DNA of 64,000 nucleotides from an uncultured delta proteobacterium. Its GTDB lineage: Bacteria > Myxococcota_A > Polyangia > Polyangiales > JAFGIB01. The notes below the pieces were generated by a model. That model searched no databases, was not told the origin of the DNA, and was given only the letters and a program-made list of their open reading frames with translations. Shown here piece by piece: positions 30,801 through 39,918 of this stretch. The stretch's first letter is position 1. Each line of letters begins with the position of its first letter. The translations under genes were made by a program, and so were the position numbers. The stretch lies in the NCBI GenBank assembly GCA_963778655.1, contig CAVZVA010000011.1:384001-448000 (forward strand), written 5' to 3'.

Positions 30801-31922
30801 CTGGTCGGATCGCTGCCGGAGCTGCGCGACACGATCGACGTGATCGCGGAGCTGAGCGAAGACAGCCCCTCCTGGCTGCCGGTGCTGGCCTGGGCGCGCG
30901 GCGAGTACCAACGGCTGCGCGGCAACCTGGGCGGCGCCCGCGCCGAGCTGGAGCTGGCGCTGCAACAGACCGCGCCCGGCCGCCACCTGATCTGGATGTG
31001 GGCGACCACCAGCCTGGTCGACGTGCTGCGGCAGGATGGAGAGCCGGAGGTGGCGCACGAGCTCGGGCAGCGCGCGCTGGGCTGGGCCGAAGAGCTGGAT
31101 CTGGCGCGCACCGCGCGCCGCGACCTCGAGCGGGCGCTCGCGCTGGCGGAAGCCGAGATCGGAGCGCTCGAGAGCGCCGCCTATCGGCTCGACACGGCGA
31201 TCGCCGCGGCTTCGGCCGCGAACATGGGCGGCGTGCCGCTGGCGCGGCTGCACGAAGCGCGCGCTCAGGTCGCCGTGCTCGCCGGGGATCCCGCGGCGTT
31301 CGAGCTGCACGAACGCGCGACTGCGCAGTGCTACCGCCAGGGCCGGCACCCGGCCTTGGTCGCCAGGCACGCGCACCTGCTCGACCTCGCCGAGCTGGCG
31401 GCCCTGCGCCCGACGGCTGGCAGCCAGGACGACGGCGGCGCTGCCGCGGCGCGCGACGCGGGCCTGCACACCGTGCACACCGCGATGGCGAGCTGCAAGA
31501 CGCCGGACCAGCGTGCCGCACGCGCGCTTTCGCTGCTGGTGGAGCACGCCGGCGCCTCGCACGGGCACCTGTTCACCGCGCAGGAACACGGGCTGCAGGT
31601 GCGCGCGTCGTTCACCGGTGAGCCGCCGCCGGAGGCGCTGGTGCGCGCGCTCGAGCTGCTCGCGCAGCGGGAGCTGGAGGACCTCACGGCGGTGTTCGGG
31701 GCGATCGGCGACGAGCTCGGACGGATCGATCTCGGCGATGGCTCGGTCTTTCATCCACTCTGGCTGCGCAGCACGCAAAAGGACGGTGAGACGCTCGCCG
31801 GCGTGGCCGCCCTGTGCTGCCCGGCCGAGCACGCGCCGCGGGTCTCGTGGCGCTTGCAGGAGGCGATCAGCGACTACCTGCTCGACGCCGGCGACGTCAG
31901 CTCGCTGCTCACGATCGGCTGA
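27837..31922 (+). CDS. Ser/Thr kinase-AAA/STAND-like ATPase-TPR-like multidomain protein
   Basis: LGRGGMAVVY, HRDVTPRN, DFG; LVGREQ; degenerate Walker A GPAGAGRRR; AQGNPG; helical repeats; GAF-like C-terminus. Start uncertain. Confidence 0.85.
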   Translation: MKQGQSHSVPAPDKLAGRYVVEAVLGRGGMAVVYRVRDQAGGSRLALKQLRAGERARERITRLFQHEYQALSDLAHPRIVRVLDYGVDDRQPYYTMELLEGEDLAQGGSLAWRDACALLRDVAVALAVVHSRRLVHRDVTPRNVRRGEDGRAKLIDFGALSPMGTSAPLVGTPAFVPPEALHGQPLDGRTDLYALGALAYFLLTGRHAYPARRFDELRERWRSDLAAPSALVPELPEALSALVLALLSLDLLRRPTTAWEVIDRLEAIAGLAPEQSRSARPGLLTPMLVGREQALTEARGRLVRTLGGPGTVLWTQGPAGAGRRRLLSTLVLEARLLGLITARADGDAGRAGDFGVMAELVQELRATAGAAGRELPPELERLLQPSDEPQSPEQRARRLAEGRTLLVHWLLQVADARGLLLAVDAAHTADPASAAVLRELTQAAPRHKLAVALSLAEDEPESARWVPMLRRDSPAIALQPLSEPETEAMLGSVFGEAAHLKVLSHVVHGLAQGNPGTTMGLAQQLLDQGAVRYEAGRWVLPSDPRKLGLPGTLKEALAARVLGLGQDARTLAEGLALIDPMGPIRTEHYAQLLDPGSRSRWFIALDALVRADVLRVQAESYAFSHPALAGALREALAPERARELHVRLAAIYADEPYRDVFMQGWHLQQAGHPARAAELLARRAQQLNNPEALSRLNARYKLARRAYLSALQHYDTAGGAIRARFELRRSLVNLAAYYDPRLVRHALPVIDQLVRDTGLVYWSELAPTPDPSARVRQCLAHAKRCWEQTPETERCLPPDEAVPALAYLVMALSGGYGRTLDLVGLETLPPLIEPFRTLSPALDLLAEVVLAALDGARGLESTPRRAAILKRIEHDPALRGNATVLATANATRYYLGVWEARGGGRKTIERADEIDRRNKEWEQLFPASVGFGHYRGWHVRLLGHLYNGDVRRAKLCRQHIELLQLDGLDALVTPNVRMGAYHEAHAHALVGSLPELRDTIDVIAELSEDSPSWLPVLAWARGEYQRLRGNLGGARAELELALQQTAPGRHLIWMWATTSLVDVLRQDGEPEVAHELGQRALGWAEELDLARTARRDLERALALAEAEIGALESAAYRLDTAIAAASAANMGGVPLARLHEARAQVAVLAGDPAAFELHERATAQCYRQGRHPALVARHAHLLDLAELAALRPTAGSQDDGGAAAARDAGLHTVHTAMASCKTPDQRAARALSLLVEHAGASHGHLFTAQEHGLQVRASFTGEPPPEALVRALELLAQRELEDLTAVFGAIGDELGRIDLGDGSVFHPLWLRSTQKDGETLAGVAALCCPAEHAPRVSWRLQEAISDYLLDAGDVSSLLTIG

Positions 31923-31946
31923 TGAGCGGCGCGCCTCGCGCGTTCT

Positions 31947-32132
31947 TCAGACTCGCTCGAGCACCGCCGCGGTGCCGAGCCCGCCGGCCGCGCAGATCCC
32001 CAGCAGCGCGCTCTGCTCGCCGCACGCGACCAGCTCGCGCGCCATGCTGGTGACCATGCACGCGCCGGCGGCGCCCAAGGGATGGCCGATCGCGATCGAG
32101 CGGCCGTGGACGTTGAGCCGCTCCGGATCGGT
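31947..32132 (-). pseudogene. Thiolase C-terminal remnant
   Basis: DPERLNVHGRSIAIGHPLGAAGAC...CAAGGLGTAAVLE* carries the GHP and CxxGG thiolase motifs; only ~60 codons are present. Confidence 0.85.
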
Positions 32133-32151
32133 CTCGGGACCGCTTGTCATT

Positions 32152-32170
32152 CTTCCCGTCTTCCTGTTGA
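32152..32170. repeat. Family D half-site
   Basis: CTTCCCGTCTTCCTGTTGA lies close to the thiolase truncation point. Confidence 0.55.
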
Positions 32171-32195
32171 TCTGATCCGGCGCGGCCTACGCGCG

Positions 32196-33623
32196 CTACG
32201 CGCCCAGCAGCGAGCCGCCGCACACGCGCAGCACCTGCCCGGTCACGCCCGCGGCGCCGGGCAGCGCCAGGAACGCGACAGCGCGCGCCACGTCTTCCGG
32301 CAGCCCGCCCTGTCCCAGCGCGGAAAGACGCCGTCCCACCTCCCGGACCAGCAGCGGCAGGGCTGCGGTCATGCGCGTCTCGATGAAGCCCGGCGCCACC
32401 GCGTTGACTGTGATGCCGCGAGGCGCGAGCCGCTCGGCCAGGTGCTGGGTGAAGCCGATGATGCCGGCCTTGCTCGCCGCGTAGTTGGTCTGTCCGGCGT
32501 TGCCCGCGATGCCGGCGATCGACGACAGGCTGAGCACGCGGCCGCCGTCACGCAACACGCCCTCGTCGAGCAGCGCGGCGGTGACGCGCAGCACCGCCTG
32601 CAGGTTCAAGCCGATCACCTGGTCCCACAACAGCTCGCTCATGCACGCGAGCGTGCGGTCGCGGGTGATGCCGGCGTTGTGGACCACGATGTCCACGCCT
32701 CCGTGCGCCTCGCGCAGGTGCGCGCAGATGCGTCGCGGCGCGTTCTCGGTCGTGACGTCGCACAGCAGCAGCGAGCCGCCGACGTCGCGTGCGACCAGGC
32801 TGAGCGCCGCGTCGTTGTCGGGACGGTCGAGGCACACCACGTGCGCGCCCTCCACCGCGAGCACGCGCGCGATCGCCTCGCCGATGCCGCGCGCGGCGCC
32901 GGTCACCAGCGCGACCTTGCCCGCGAGCGGCTGGGTCCACGGATCGTCGCCGTCCCAGCGCACGCGCGCCGACACCTGCAGCGGCTGTGCGGTGACGAAC
33001 GCGGAGGCCTCCGACAGCAGGAAGCGCAACGGCGCCGAAAGCCTCTCCTCGGCCCCTTCCTCGACGTAGAGCAGATTCGAGCAGGCCGCCTTGCCGCCGA
33101 TCTCCTTGGCCACGCTGCGGTTGAATCCGTCGAGCGCAGCGCGCGCCGCGGCCTCCTGCATCGAGGGCGCGGACTCGGGCGGCCGCCCCAACAGCAGCGT
33201 GCGGCCGTGGCGGCGCAGCGCGTGAAGCCACGCGTGGTACACCTCCCACAAGCCCTTGAGCTCCGCAGGGCCGCCGAAGCGCGTCGCATCCAGCACCAGC
33301 GCGTGCAGCGTCTCGGCCTCGTGCTCGGCGGGCGCGACCAGCTTGGGCTGGCGGCCGTAAGCCTCGCAGGGGCCGGCGAACGCGGACAGCAGCGCGCTCG
33401 AGGCGAGCCAGGGGTTGGCGCCCGCGCAGGTGAGCGTGCGCGCCAGCGCCGCGGCCAGCGCACCCTCCCCCGCAAACAGCACGTCGCGGTCCTGCAGCGG
33501 CCGCGGCAGGCCCGGCCCGTCCAGCCGCTCGAGCTTCTCGGGCAAGGAGATGGGCAGCTTCGCGCGCGCCGCCAGGTTGCGAGCCATCGGATGTTGACTG
33601 AGTCGCAGGATCACGTCCGTCAT
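32196..33623 (-). CDS. fabG: High-molecular-weight 3-oxoacyl reductase (FabG4-like SDR)
   Basis: Extra N-terminal domain plus TGAARGIG, HNAGITRD and YAASK. ATG at 33623 overlaps the upstream stop. Confidence 0.88.
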   Translation of the reverse strand: MTDVILRLSQHPMARNLAARAKLPISLPEKLERLDGPGLPRPLQDRDVLFAGEGALAAALARTLTCAGANPWLASSALLSAFAGPCEAYGRQPKLVAPAEHEAETLHALVLDATRFGGPAELKGLWEVYHAWLHALRRHGRTLLLGRPPESAPSMQEAAARAALDGFNRSVAKEIGGKAACSNLLYVEEGAEERLSAPLRFLLSEASAFVTAQPLQVSARVRWDGDDPWTQPLAGKVALVTGAARGIGEAIARVLAVEGAHVVCLDRPDNDAALSLVARDVGGSLLLCDVTTENAPRRICAHLREAHGGVDIVVHNAGITRDRTLACMSELLWDQVIGLNLQAVLRVTAALLDEGVLRDGGRVLSLSSIAGIAGNAGQTNYAASKAGIIGFTQHLAERLAPRGITVNAVAPGFIETRMTAALPLLVREVGRRLSALGQGGLPEDVARAVAFLALPGAAGVTGQVLRVCGGSLLGA

Positions 33624-33829
33624 GAGCCGTCTCCACGCATGGCAAAGGTTCCAGTCAAATAGGCGGGGCCGCCCGCCGCGCCGGCCACGAACAGCTCGGG
33701 GCCGGGAGTGACCGGCACGGACCCGCCAGTGCGGCCGCCCAAGCCCTGTTGCAGCGCCTTCAACGCTGTGCGCCCGAGCGCGCCGACCACCGCGCCTGGC
33801 CGCAAGATGTAGCGATTGGGAACGCGCAT
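33620..33829 (-). pseudogene. Internally deleted MaoC/HtdX-like dehydratase (69 aa)
   Basis: Reads as an N-terminus (MRVPNRYIL...ALGRTAL...PGPE) joined to a C-terminus (LFVAGAAGGPAYLTGTF). It is coupled to the fabG4-like gene. The assignment comes from recalled homologues and context. Confidence 0.55.
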
Positions 33830-34003
33830 CGAGGCTCCTGTCACTCGGGAGGGGCACGCGCCCCGCCCGCCCCCTCGTTTCGCTCCCGCATCGAGCGAAG
33901 CGTGATCGGGCTTGCGAACGGACATATCTAGTAAACGCCTGCGATCCAATTACCATCCGCAGGCGGCTTTCAACGGCGCGAGCTCGACCGTGCCGGAGGA
34001 CAC

Positions 34004-35320
34004 ATGAGCTTCAATCCCATCGGGCCGGCGCTCTCGGCGCTGAACAAGATCGCGGGCAGCGAGCTGCTGCACAAGCTGGGACTGCAGCGGCCGGCCCAGA
34101 AGGTGGCCTATCACGCCACCAAGGAAGGCTTCCGCGCGGCGAGCAGCGCGGGACGCCGGCTCAAGGCTGTACGAAAGCTGCTCAAGCCGGAACGGCTCGG
34201 AGCGCCCCAGCGCAACAGCGATCTGTTCGACCTCACACCGAGCGAGGAGCAGCAGATGGCGTGTGAGATGGCGCAGCGCTTCGCCCGCGAGGTCATGCGC
34301 GAAGCGGCCGCCGGGGCCAACGACGCGTGCGCGCCCCCCGAAGGCTTCGCCGAAAAGTTCGCCGAGCTGGGGCTTGCTCAGCTGGTGGTGCCCGAAGCGC
34401 TCGGCGGCGCGGCAACGGAGAGCGCCACGCTCACGCTTTCGTTGGTGGCCGAGGAGCTGGCGCACGGCGACATGGGGCTGGCACTGGCCGCGCTGGCGCC
34501 GCTGGCGGTGGCCAGCGCGCTCGCGCGCTGGGGCTCGGCTGAGCAGCAGGCCACGCTGCTGGCGGCGTTCGCGGGCGACGACCCGCCGCGCTGCGCGCTG
34601 GCGCTGGCCGAAGCGCGGCCCGCGTTCGATCCGCGCGACCTGCGCACCCACGCGCGGCAGGACGCGGACGGCTTCCTGCTCGATGGCGAGAAGGCGCTGG
34701 TGCCGCTGGGCGAGCAGGCCGAGCTGCTGCTGGTGGCGGCGGACCTGCTGGGCCACGGCCCCCAGCTCTTCCTGGTCGAGGCCGGCACTCCGGGGCTGAG
34801 CGTCCGGCCCGAGCCGGCCATGGGCCTGCGCGCGGCCGCGCTGGCCGGCGTGCGCCTGCAGCAGGTGCGGCTGCCGCCTTCGGCGCTGCTGGGCGAGGGC
34901 GCGTCCGCGTTCGACTACAGCGAGCTGCTCAGCTGCTGCTCGCTCGGCTGGTGCGCGCTCGCGGTCGGCTGCGCCCAGGCGGCGCTCGACTATGTGATCC
35001 CGTATTGCAACGAGCGTAAGGCCTTCGGCGAGCCGATCAGCCACCGCCAGGCGGTGGCGTTCCTGATCGCCGACATCGGCGTCGAGCTCGAAGGCATGCG
35101 CCTGCTCAGCTGGCGCGCGGCCAGCCGCGCCGAGCATGGGCTGCCGTTCGCGCGCGAGGCCTACCTGGCGCGCGTGCTGTGCGCGGACAAGGGCATGCAG
35201 ATCGGCACCAACGCGGTGCAGTTGCTGGGCGGGCATGGCTTCACCAAGGCGCACCCGGTCGAGCGCTGGTATCGCGACCTGCGGGCGATCGGGCTGATGG
35301 AAGGCGGCATGCTGCTGTAG
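34004..35320 (+). CDS. Acyl-CoA dehydrogenase (FadE24-like)
   Basis: FDLTPSEEQ, EELAHGDMG, LDGEK, RKAFGEPISHRQAVAF and QLLGGHGF...PVERWYRD. Confidence 0.92.
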   Translation: MSFNPIGPALSALNKIAGSELLHKLGLQRPAQKVAYHATKEGFRAASSAGRRLKAVRKLLKPERLGAPQRNSDLFDLTPSEEQQMACEMAQRFAREVMREAAAGANDACAPPEGFAEKFAELGLAQLVVPEALGGAATESATLTLSLVAEELAHGDMGLALAALAPLAVASALARWGSAEQQATLLAAFAGDDPPRCALALAEARPAFDPRDLRTHARQDADGFLLDGEKALVPLGEQAELLLVAADLLGHGPQLFLVEAGTPGLSVRPEPAMGLRAAALAGVRLQQVRLPPSALLGEGASAFDYSELLSCCSLGWCALAVGCAQAALDYVIPYCNERKAFGEPISHRQAVAFLIADIGVELEGMRLLSWRAASRAEHGLPFAREAYLARVLCADKGMQIGTNAVQLLGGHGFTKAHPVERWYRDLRAIGLMEGGMLL

Positions 35321-35351
35321 GGCAGCGGCATAGAGGGCGACGGCGCAAACC

Positions 35352-36566
35352 ATGTATCTGGAGATTCCGAGCAAGCTCAAGGGTCTGGTCGAGCAGGCAC
35401 ACCAGGTCGCGCAGCAGGTGTTCCGCCCCATCTCGCGCAAGTACGACCTGGCCGAGCACGCTTATCCCAAGGAGCTCGACATGCTGGCGGCGGTGATGGA
35501 CGGCATGAACGAGGGCGACCGCTCGATCGGCGCCGGCGCCGGTCAGCTCAAGCAGGAGCGCAAGGCGCGCCGCGAAAACGGTGGCGTGCGCAACGGCACC
35601 AACATGTCGACCGTGCTGGGCCTCACCGAGCTGTGCTGGGGCGACGTGGGCCTGGCGCTGACCATTCCGCGCCAGGGCCTGGGCAACGCCGCAATCGCCG
35701 CGGTCGCGAACGAGCAGCAGCTCGAGCGCTTCAAGGGCCGCTGGGCGGCGATGGCGATCACCGAGCCGGGCGCCGGCAGCGACTCGGCCGCGATCCGCAC
35801 CAGCGCGCGCAAGGACGGCGACTGCTACGTGCTCAACGGCGAGAAGATCTTCGTGACCGCCGGCGAGCGCTGCGACGCGGTGGTGGTGTGGGCGACGCTC
35901 GATCCGAGCCTGGGGCGTGCGGCGATCAAGAGCTTCGTGGTCGAGAAGGGCACGCCCGGAATGCAGGTCGCGCGGCTTGAGCACAAGCTCGGCATCAAGG
36001 CCTCGGACACCGCCACCCTGGTGCTCAGCGACTGCCGCGTGCCCGCGGAAAACCTGCTGGGCAGCCCCGAGGTGGACGTGCAGCAGGGCTTTGCGGGCGT
36101 GATGCAGACCTTCGACAACACGCGGCCGGTGGTGGCGGCGATGGGTGTGGGGGTGGCGCGCGCCGCCCTGGAAAAGGCCCGCGAGTTGCTGCAGGCCCAA
36201 GGCTACCGCGCCGAGTACGACCGCGGCCTGTGGACCAGCAGCGCGCTCGAGGCCGAGCTCTACCGCATGGAGGCCGACCTGGAGGCCGCGCGCCTGCTGA
36301 CGATCAAGGCCGCGTGGATGGCCGACAACGGTCAGCCTAACTCCAAGGAGGCGTCGATGGCCAAAGCCAAGGCGGGCCGCACCGCGAATGCCATCACCCT
36401 GCGTTGCGCGGAGATCTGCGGCGTCCTCGGCTACGCCGAGAGCGAGCTGCTGGAGAAATGGGCGCGCGATTCGAAGATCCTCGACATCTTCGAGGGCACG
36501 CAGCAGATCCAGCTGCTGATCATCGCGCGCCGCCTGCTGGAGAAGAGCTCGGCCGAGCTGAGGTAG
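35352..36566 (+). CDS. Acyl-CoA dehydrogenase (FadE23-like)
   Basis: MAITEPGAGSD, LNGEKIFVT, KLGIKASDT and DIFEGTQQIQ. Confidence 0.93.
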   Translation: MYLEIPSKLKGLVEQAHQVAQQVFRPISRKYDLAEHAYPKELDMLAAVMDGMNEGDRSIGAGAGQLKQERKARRENGGVRNGTNMSTVLGLTELCWGDVGLALTIPRQGLGNAAIAAVANEQQLERFKGRWAAMAITEPGAGSDSAAIRTSARKDGDCYVLNGEKIFVTAGERCDAVVVWATLDPSLGRAAIKSFVVEKGTPGMQVARLEHKLGIKASDTATLVLSDCRVPAENLLGSPEVDVQQGFAGVMQTFDNTRPVVAAMGVGVARAALEKARELLQAQGYRAEYDRGLWTSSALEAELYRMEADLEAARLLTIKAAWMADNGQPNSKEASMAKAKAGRTANAITLRCAEICGVLGYAESELLEKWARDSKILDIFEGTQQIQLLIIARRLLEKSSAELR

Positions 36567-36599
36567 GCGCATCGTGGCCGGGACGCTATCATCGACGCC

Positions 36600-38126
36600 G
36601 TGAGCCACGATCGGCACGGCATCGAGCGCAGCGAGGCTTTCTACCGCGCGCTGTTCGAGGTCAACACGGCGATCAAGCTGCTGATCTCGCCCACCAGCGG
36701 GCGCATCGTCGACGCCAACAGCGCCGCGGTGGAGTTCTACGGCTGGCCGCTCGAGACCCTGCGCAGCATGCACATCACCGACATCAACCTGCTCACTTCC
36801 GAAGAGGTGCAGGCGGAAATGGAGAACGCGCGCAGCGGGCGCCGCCGCTACTTTCGCTTCCGTCATCGCACCGCCAGCGGCGCCGTGCGTCACGTGGAGG
36901 TGCACTCGGGGCCGGTCGAAATCGACTCGGAGTCGCTGCTGCTGTCGATCGTACACGACGTCACCGAGCGCGACGCGCTCGAGGAGCAACTGCGGCGCTC
37001 GCAGCGGCTCGAAGCGGTGGGCCAGCTCGCCGGCGGGCTCGCCCACGACTTCAACAACCTGCTGACGGTCATGATGAGCTGCACCGAGCTGGTGGCCCGG
37101 AGCCTGCCCGCGGGCTCGCCGCTGCGGCCGCACCTGGACGATCTGAAGCACGCGGGCCGGCGCGCCGCCGATCTGACGCGCGACCTGCTGGCCTTCAGCC
37201 GCCGCCAGCGCATGCAGCCGGTAGCGGTGGATCTGGGCGCGGTGCTCGAGCGCATGCAGCGGCTGTTGCGCAGCACGCTGGGTGGCGGCGTGGGCGTCGA
37301 GCAGCGCCTGGCGCCCGATCTCCCGTGCACCCGCGTAGACCCGAGCCAGATCGAGCAGGTGGTGATGAACCTCGCGCTCAACGCGCGCGACGCCCTGAGC
37401 GGCCAGGGCGGACGGATCGTGCTGCAAACCCGCAGCGCCGAGATCGCGCCGGGCGAATCCACCGAGGTGCCGGCGGGGCGCTGGGTCGTGCTCGACGTGA
37501 TCGACGAGGGACGGGGTATGGACGAGGCGACGCGACAGCGCGTGTTCGAGCCGTTCTTCACCACCAAGGAGCCCGGCAAGGGCACCGGCCTCGGGCTGTC
37601 GACGGTGTACGGCATCGTCACGCAGAGCGGCGGCAGCGTCAGTGTGCGCAGCGCGCCGGGCCGGGGCACCACGTTCAGTGTCTATTTGCCGCTGTCGGCG
37701 GACACGCGGCCGGCTGCTCCCGAGCCCGTGGCGCCGACGCCGGCGCGAGCGCCGGTCCATGCTTGCGTGCTGCTGGTCGAGGACATGGACGAGGTGCGCG
37801 AGGTGCTCGCGCTGGGCCTGCGCGGCGCCGGCTTCGACGTGGTGCAGGCGGCCAGCGCCGAGCAGGCGCTGGCCTTGCCGGCGCACGTGCTGGAGGCGCT
37901 CGGCGCCGTGGTGAGCGATGTGGTGATGCCCGGCCGCTCGGGCGTCGAGCTGATTGAGCAGCTGCTCGCACGCAGGCCGCGGCTGCGGGCGCTGCTGATT
38001 TCGGGCGACCTGCGGCAGCACGACGCCAGCGGCCTGCCTGCACACGTGCGCTTCCTGCAGAAGCCCTTCACCGGCCAGCAACTCGCAGCCGAGGTGCAGG
38101 TGCTGCTGGCGGGGCGCCGGGATTGA
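36600..38126 (+). CDS. Hybrid sensor histidine kinase (PAS-HisKA-HATPase-REC)
   Basis: PAS domain (DANSAAVEFYGW), AHDFNNLL, NLALNARDA, DEGRGM, FFTTKEPGKGTGLGL; receiver with VED, SDVVMP and QKPF. Confidence 0.93.
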   Translation: MSHDRHGIERSEAFYRALFEVNTAIKLLISPTSGRIVDANSAAVEFYGWPLETLRSMHITDINLLTSEEVQAEMENARSGRRRYFRFRHRTASGAVRHVEVHSGPVEIDSESLLLSIVHDVTERDALEEQLRRSQRLEAVGQLAGGLAHDFNNLLTVMMSCTELVARSLPAGSPLRPHLDDLKHAGRRAADLTRDLLAFSRRQRMQPVAVDLGAVLERMQRLLRSTLGGGVGVEQRLAPDLPCTRVDPSQIEQVVMNLALNARDALSGQGGRIVLQTRSAEIAPGESTEVPAGRWVVLDVIDEGRGMDEATRQRVFEPFFTTKEPGKGTGLGLSTVYGIVTQSGGSVSVRSAPGRGTTFSVYLPLSADTRPAAPEPVAPTPARAPVHACVLLVEDMDEVREVLALGLRGAGFDVVQAASAEQALALPAHVLEALGAVVSDVVMPGRSGVELIEQLLARRPRLRALLISGDLRQHDASGLPAHVRFLQKPFTGQQLAAEVQVLLAGRRD

Positions 38127-38133
38127 GAATCAG

Positions 38134-38188
38134 CAGGAAGGCGGGCAGCGCGGCTCATGCCCTACTTCCCGTCTTCCCGCCTTCCTGT
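38134..38188. repeat. REP-like hairpin family D
   Basis: CAGGAAGGCGGG...CTTCCCGTCTTCCCGCCTTCCTGT between convergent genes. Confidence 0.75.
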
Positions 38189-38209
38189 GGAATCCCTTCG
38201 CGACGCGGG

Positions 38210-39265
38210 CTACCCCCTCGGCGAGACGATGCGCACCTTGCGGCTGCCCAGCACTTGGCCGCTGAGCGTCTCGACACTGCAGGTGTAGACGCCCGACGGG
38301 CGGCTGCCGAAGTGGTCGATGCGTGAATAGGTGCGAAAGCCCGCGCTGCGGCCGCCGCGGATCGAGAGCTCGATGCGCGCGCGCAGCGCGCCGTCGTAAC
38401 GCCACACGTGAAACAGCCGATCCTTGACACCCAACGGAGAGGCGATCGCGCTGGCGCAGAACAACCGCGCGGGCGCGTGGTCCAGCCGCTCGACCGCGTC
38501 GGCCACCCACCTGCCCTGCATCCGCGTGCCGATCTCGATCTTGACCAGGCGCAGCGGCGCCGCCGGCACCATGCGCGCAGCGCCGAGCTCGAGCGCCGCC
38601 GGCAAGCACAGCCCGGCGGCCAGCGCGACCGCGCACGCGCGCAGGCGGCGCCCGGCGGGCGCCGTGATCGCCGCGGTCACGGTCACGCCCGCGGCGGCGG
38701 TCAGCGCCGCGACGCGCAGGCTCGCGCGCGTCGACAAGCCGAGCCCGGGCAGCACCGCATTGAGCGCCACGAAGCTCGAGATCGCAGGCAGCAGCGGTGC
38801 GAGCCACGGCCGCGTCAGCAGCCGCTCGGTCAACGGATCCCATAAACAGACCGCGCACAGCAGCCCGAGCCCGGCGAGGAACGCCACGTGACCGAGCTCG
38901 AAGCTGGCGGCGCGGACGTAGAACGGCAGCGCGAAGAACAAGCCGAGCTGCAGCGCCGATTGTGTGGCCAGCAGCGAGGAGCGGCGGGCGAGGCCGAGCA
39001 GACGGCTCACAGGTGCGCCGCCGCGCGCAGCCTGCAGGCGCGAAAGCCCGTGCAGCAACAGCAGCGTCAGCCACAGCGCCACCGCGGCCACCGCGACCAG
39101 CGCCGCGCGTCGAGGGCCACGGTTCATGCTGATCGCGCTCGCCACCCCGAGCGCCAGCGACAGCCAGGGCTGCAGCGCGCGCCAGCGCGCCGCACGCGAC
39201 GGCTCGGCCGCGGCAGGCTCGCCGGCGATTGCGCGATCGGACGGCACCTCCGGAGATTCCCGCAA
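38210..39265 (-). CDS. Membrane protein with C-terminal DUF2914-like domain
   Basis: Multi-TM region with LFFALPFY, then SAIASP, LFHVW, GGRSAGFRTYS and VETLSGQVLG. Confidence 0.75.
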   Translation of the reverse strand: MRESPEVPSDRAIAGEPAAAEPSRAARWRALQPWLSLALGVASAISMNRGPRRAALVAVAAVALWLTLLLLHGLSRLQAARGGAPVSRLLGLARRSSLLATQSALQLGLFFALPFYVRAASFELGHVAFLAGLGLLCAVCLWDPLTERLLTRPWLAPLLPAISSFVALNAVLPGLGLSTRASLRVAALTAAAGVTVTAAITAPAGRRLRACAVALAAGLCLPAALELGAARMVPAAPLRLVKIEIGTRMQGRWVADAVERLDHAPARLFCASAIASPLGVKDRLFHVWRYDGALRARIELSIRGGRSAGFRTYSRIDHFGSRPSGVYTCSVETLSGQVLGSRKVRIVSPRG

Positions 39266-39340
39266 TTGGCGCAGGGTTCAAACCGGCTGCGAGAGCGCCG
39301 CGGCCTTGCCTGCCCGCCATGCGCGGGTACGCTGAAAGCC

Positions 39341-39911
39341 ATGCGGAGGGGTTCGCGACTCCGGTGGGCAGGTTTGCTCGTGGCCGTCGCGGTCGCGCTT
39401 GCATGTCGCGGCCCGGCGCGGGCCCAGCACAAACAGGGGGCCGCCATGAAGATCGAATCGCCGGCGTTCTCGCCAATGGGAGAGATCCCGCGCAAGTACA
39501 CCTGCGAGGGTCAGGACACACCGCCGCCGCTGATCTTCAGCCACCTGCCGCACGAGGCCAAGAGCCTGGCGCTCATCATCGACGATCCCGATGCACCCGA
39601 TCCCAAAGCCCCCAAAATGACCTGGGTGCACTGGGTGGTGTTCAACATCCCGACCTTCGCGCCCGGGCTGCCGGAAGGCGGCACGCCCTTGCCCGCGGGC
39701 ACGCGCCAAGGTCTCAACGACTGGAAGCGCGCGTCCTACGGCGGACCCTGTCCGCCGATCGGCCGCCACCGCTACTTCCACAAGCTCTACGCGCTCGACA
39801 CCGAGCTCGAATCTCGCGCACCCGACCAAGGCCGAGCTGGAGGCGGCGATGGCCGGCCACATCCTGGCCGAGGCCGAGCTGGTCGGCACCTACGCCAAGC
39901 AGAAGAAGTAG
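39341..39911 (+). CDS. YbhB/YbcL (PEBP) family protein, frameshifted near 39810
   Basis: Signal peptide, IPRKYTCEG, DDPDAP, WVHW, YGGPCPPIGRHRYFHKLYALD. The conserved tail PTKAELEAAMAGHILAEAELVGTY is in another frame. Confidence 0.85.
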
Positions 39912-39918
39912 CCCGGGG

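Noticed and set aside
33624..33956. N-terminal extension of the fabG ORF
   Set aside because: Low-complexity read-through; the ATGA overlap at 33620-33623 is the better start.
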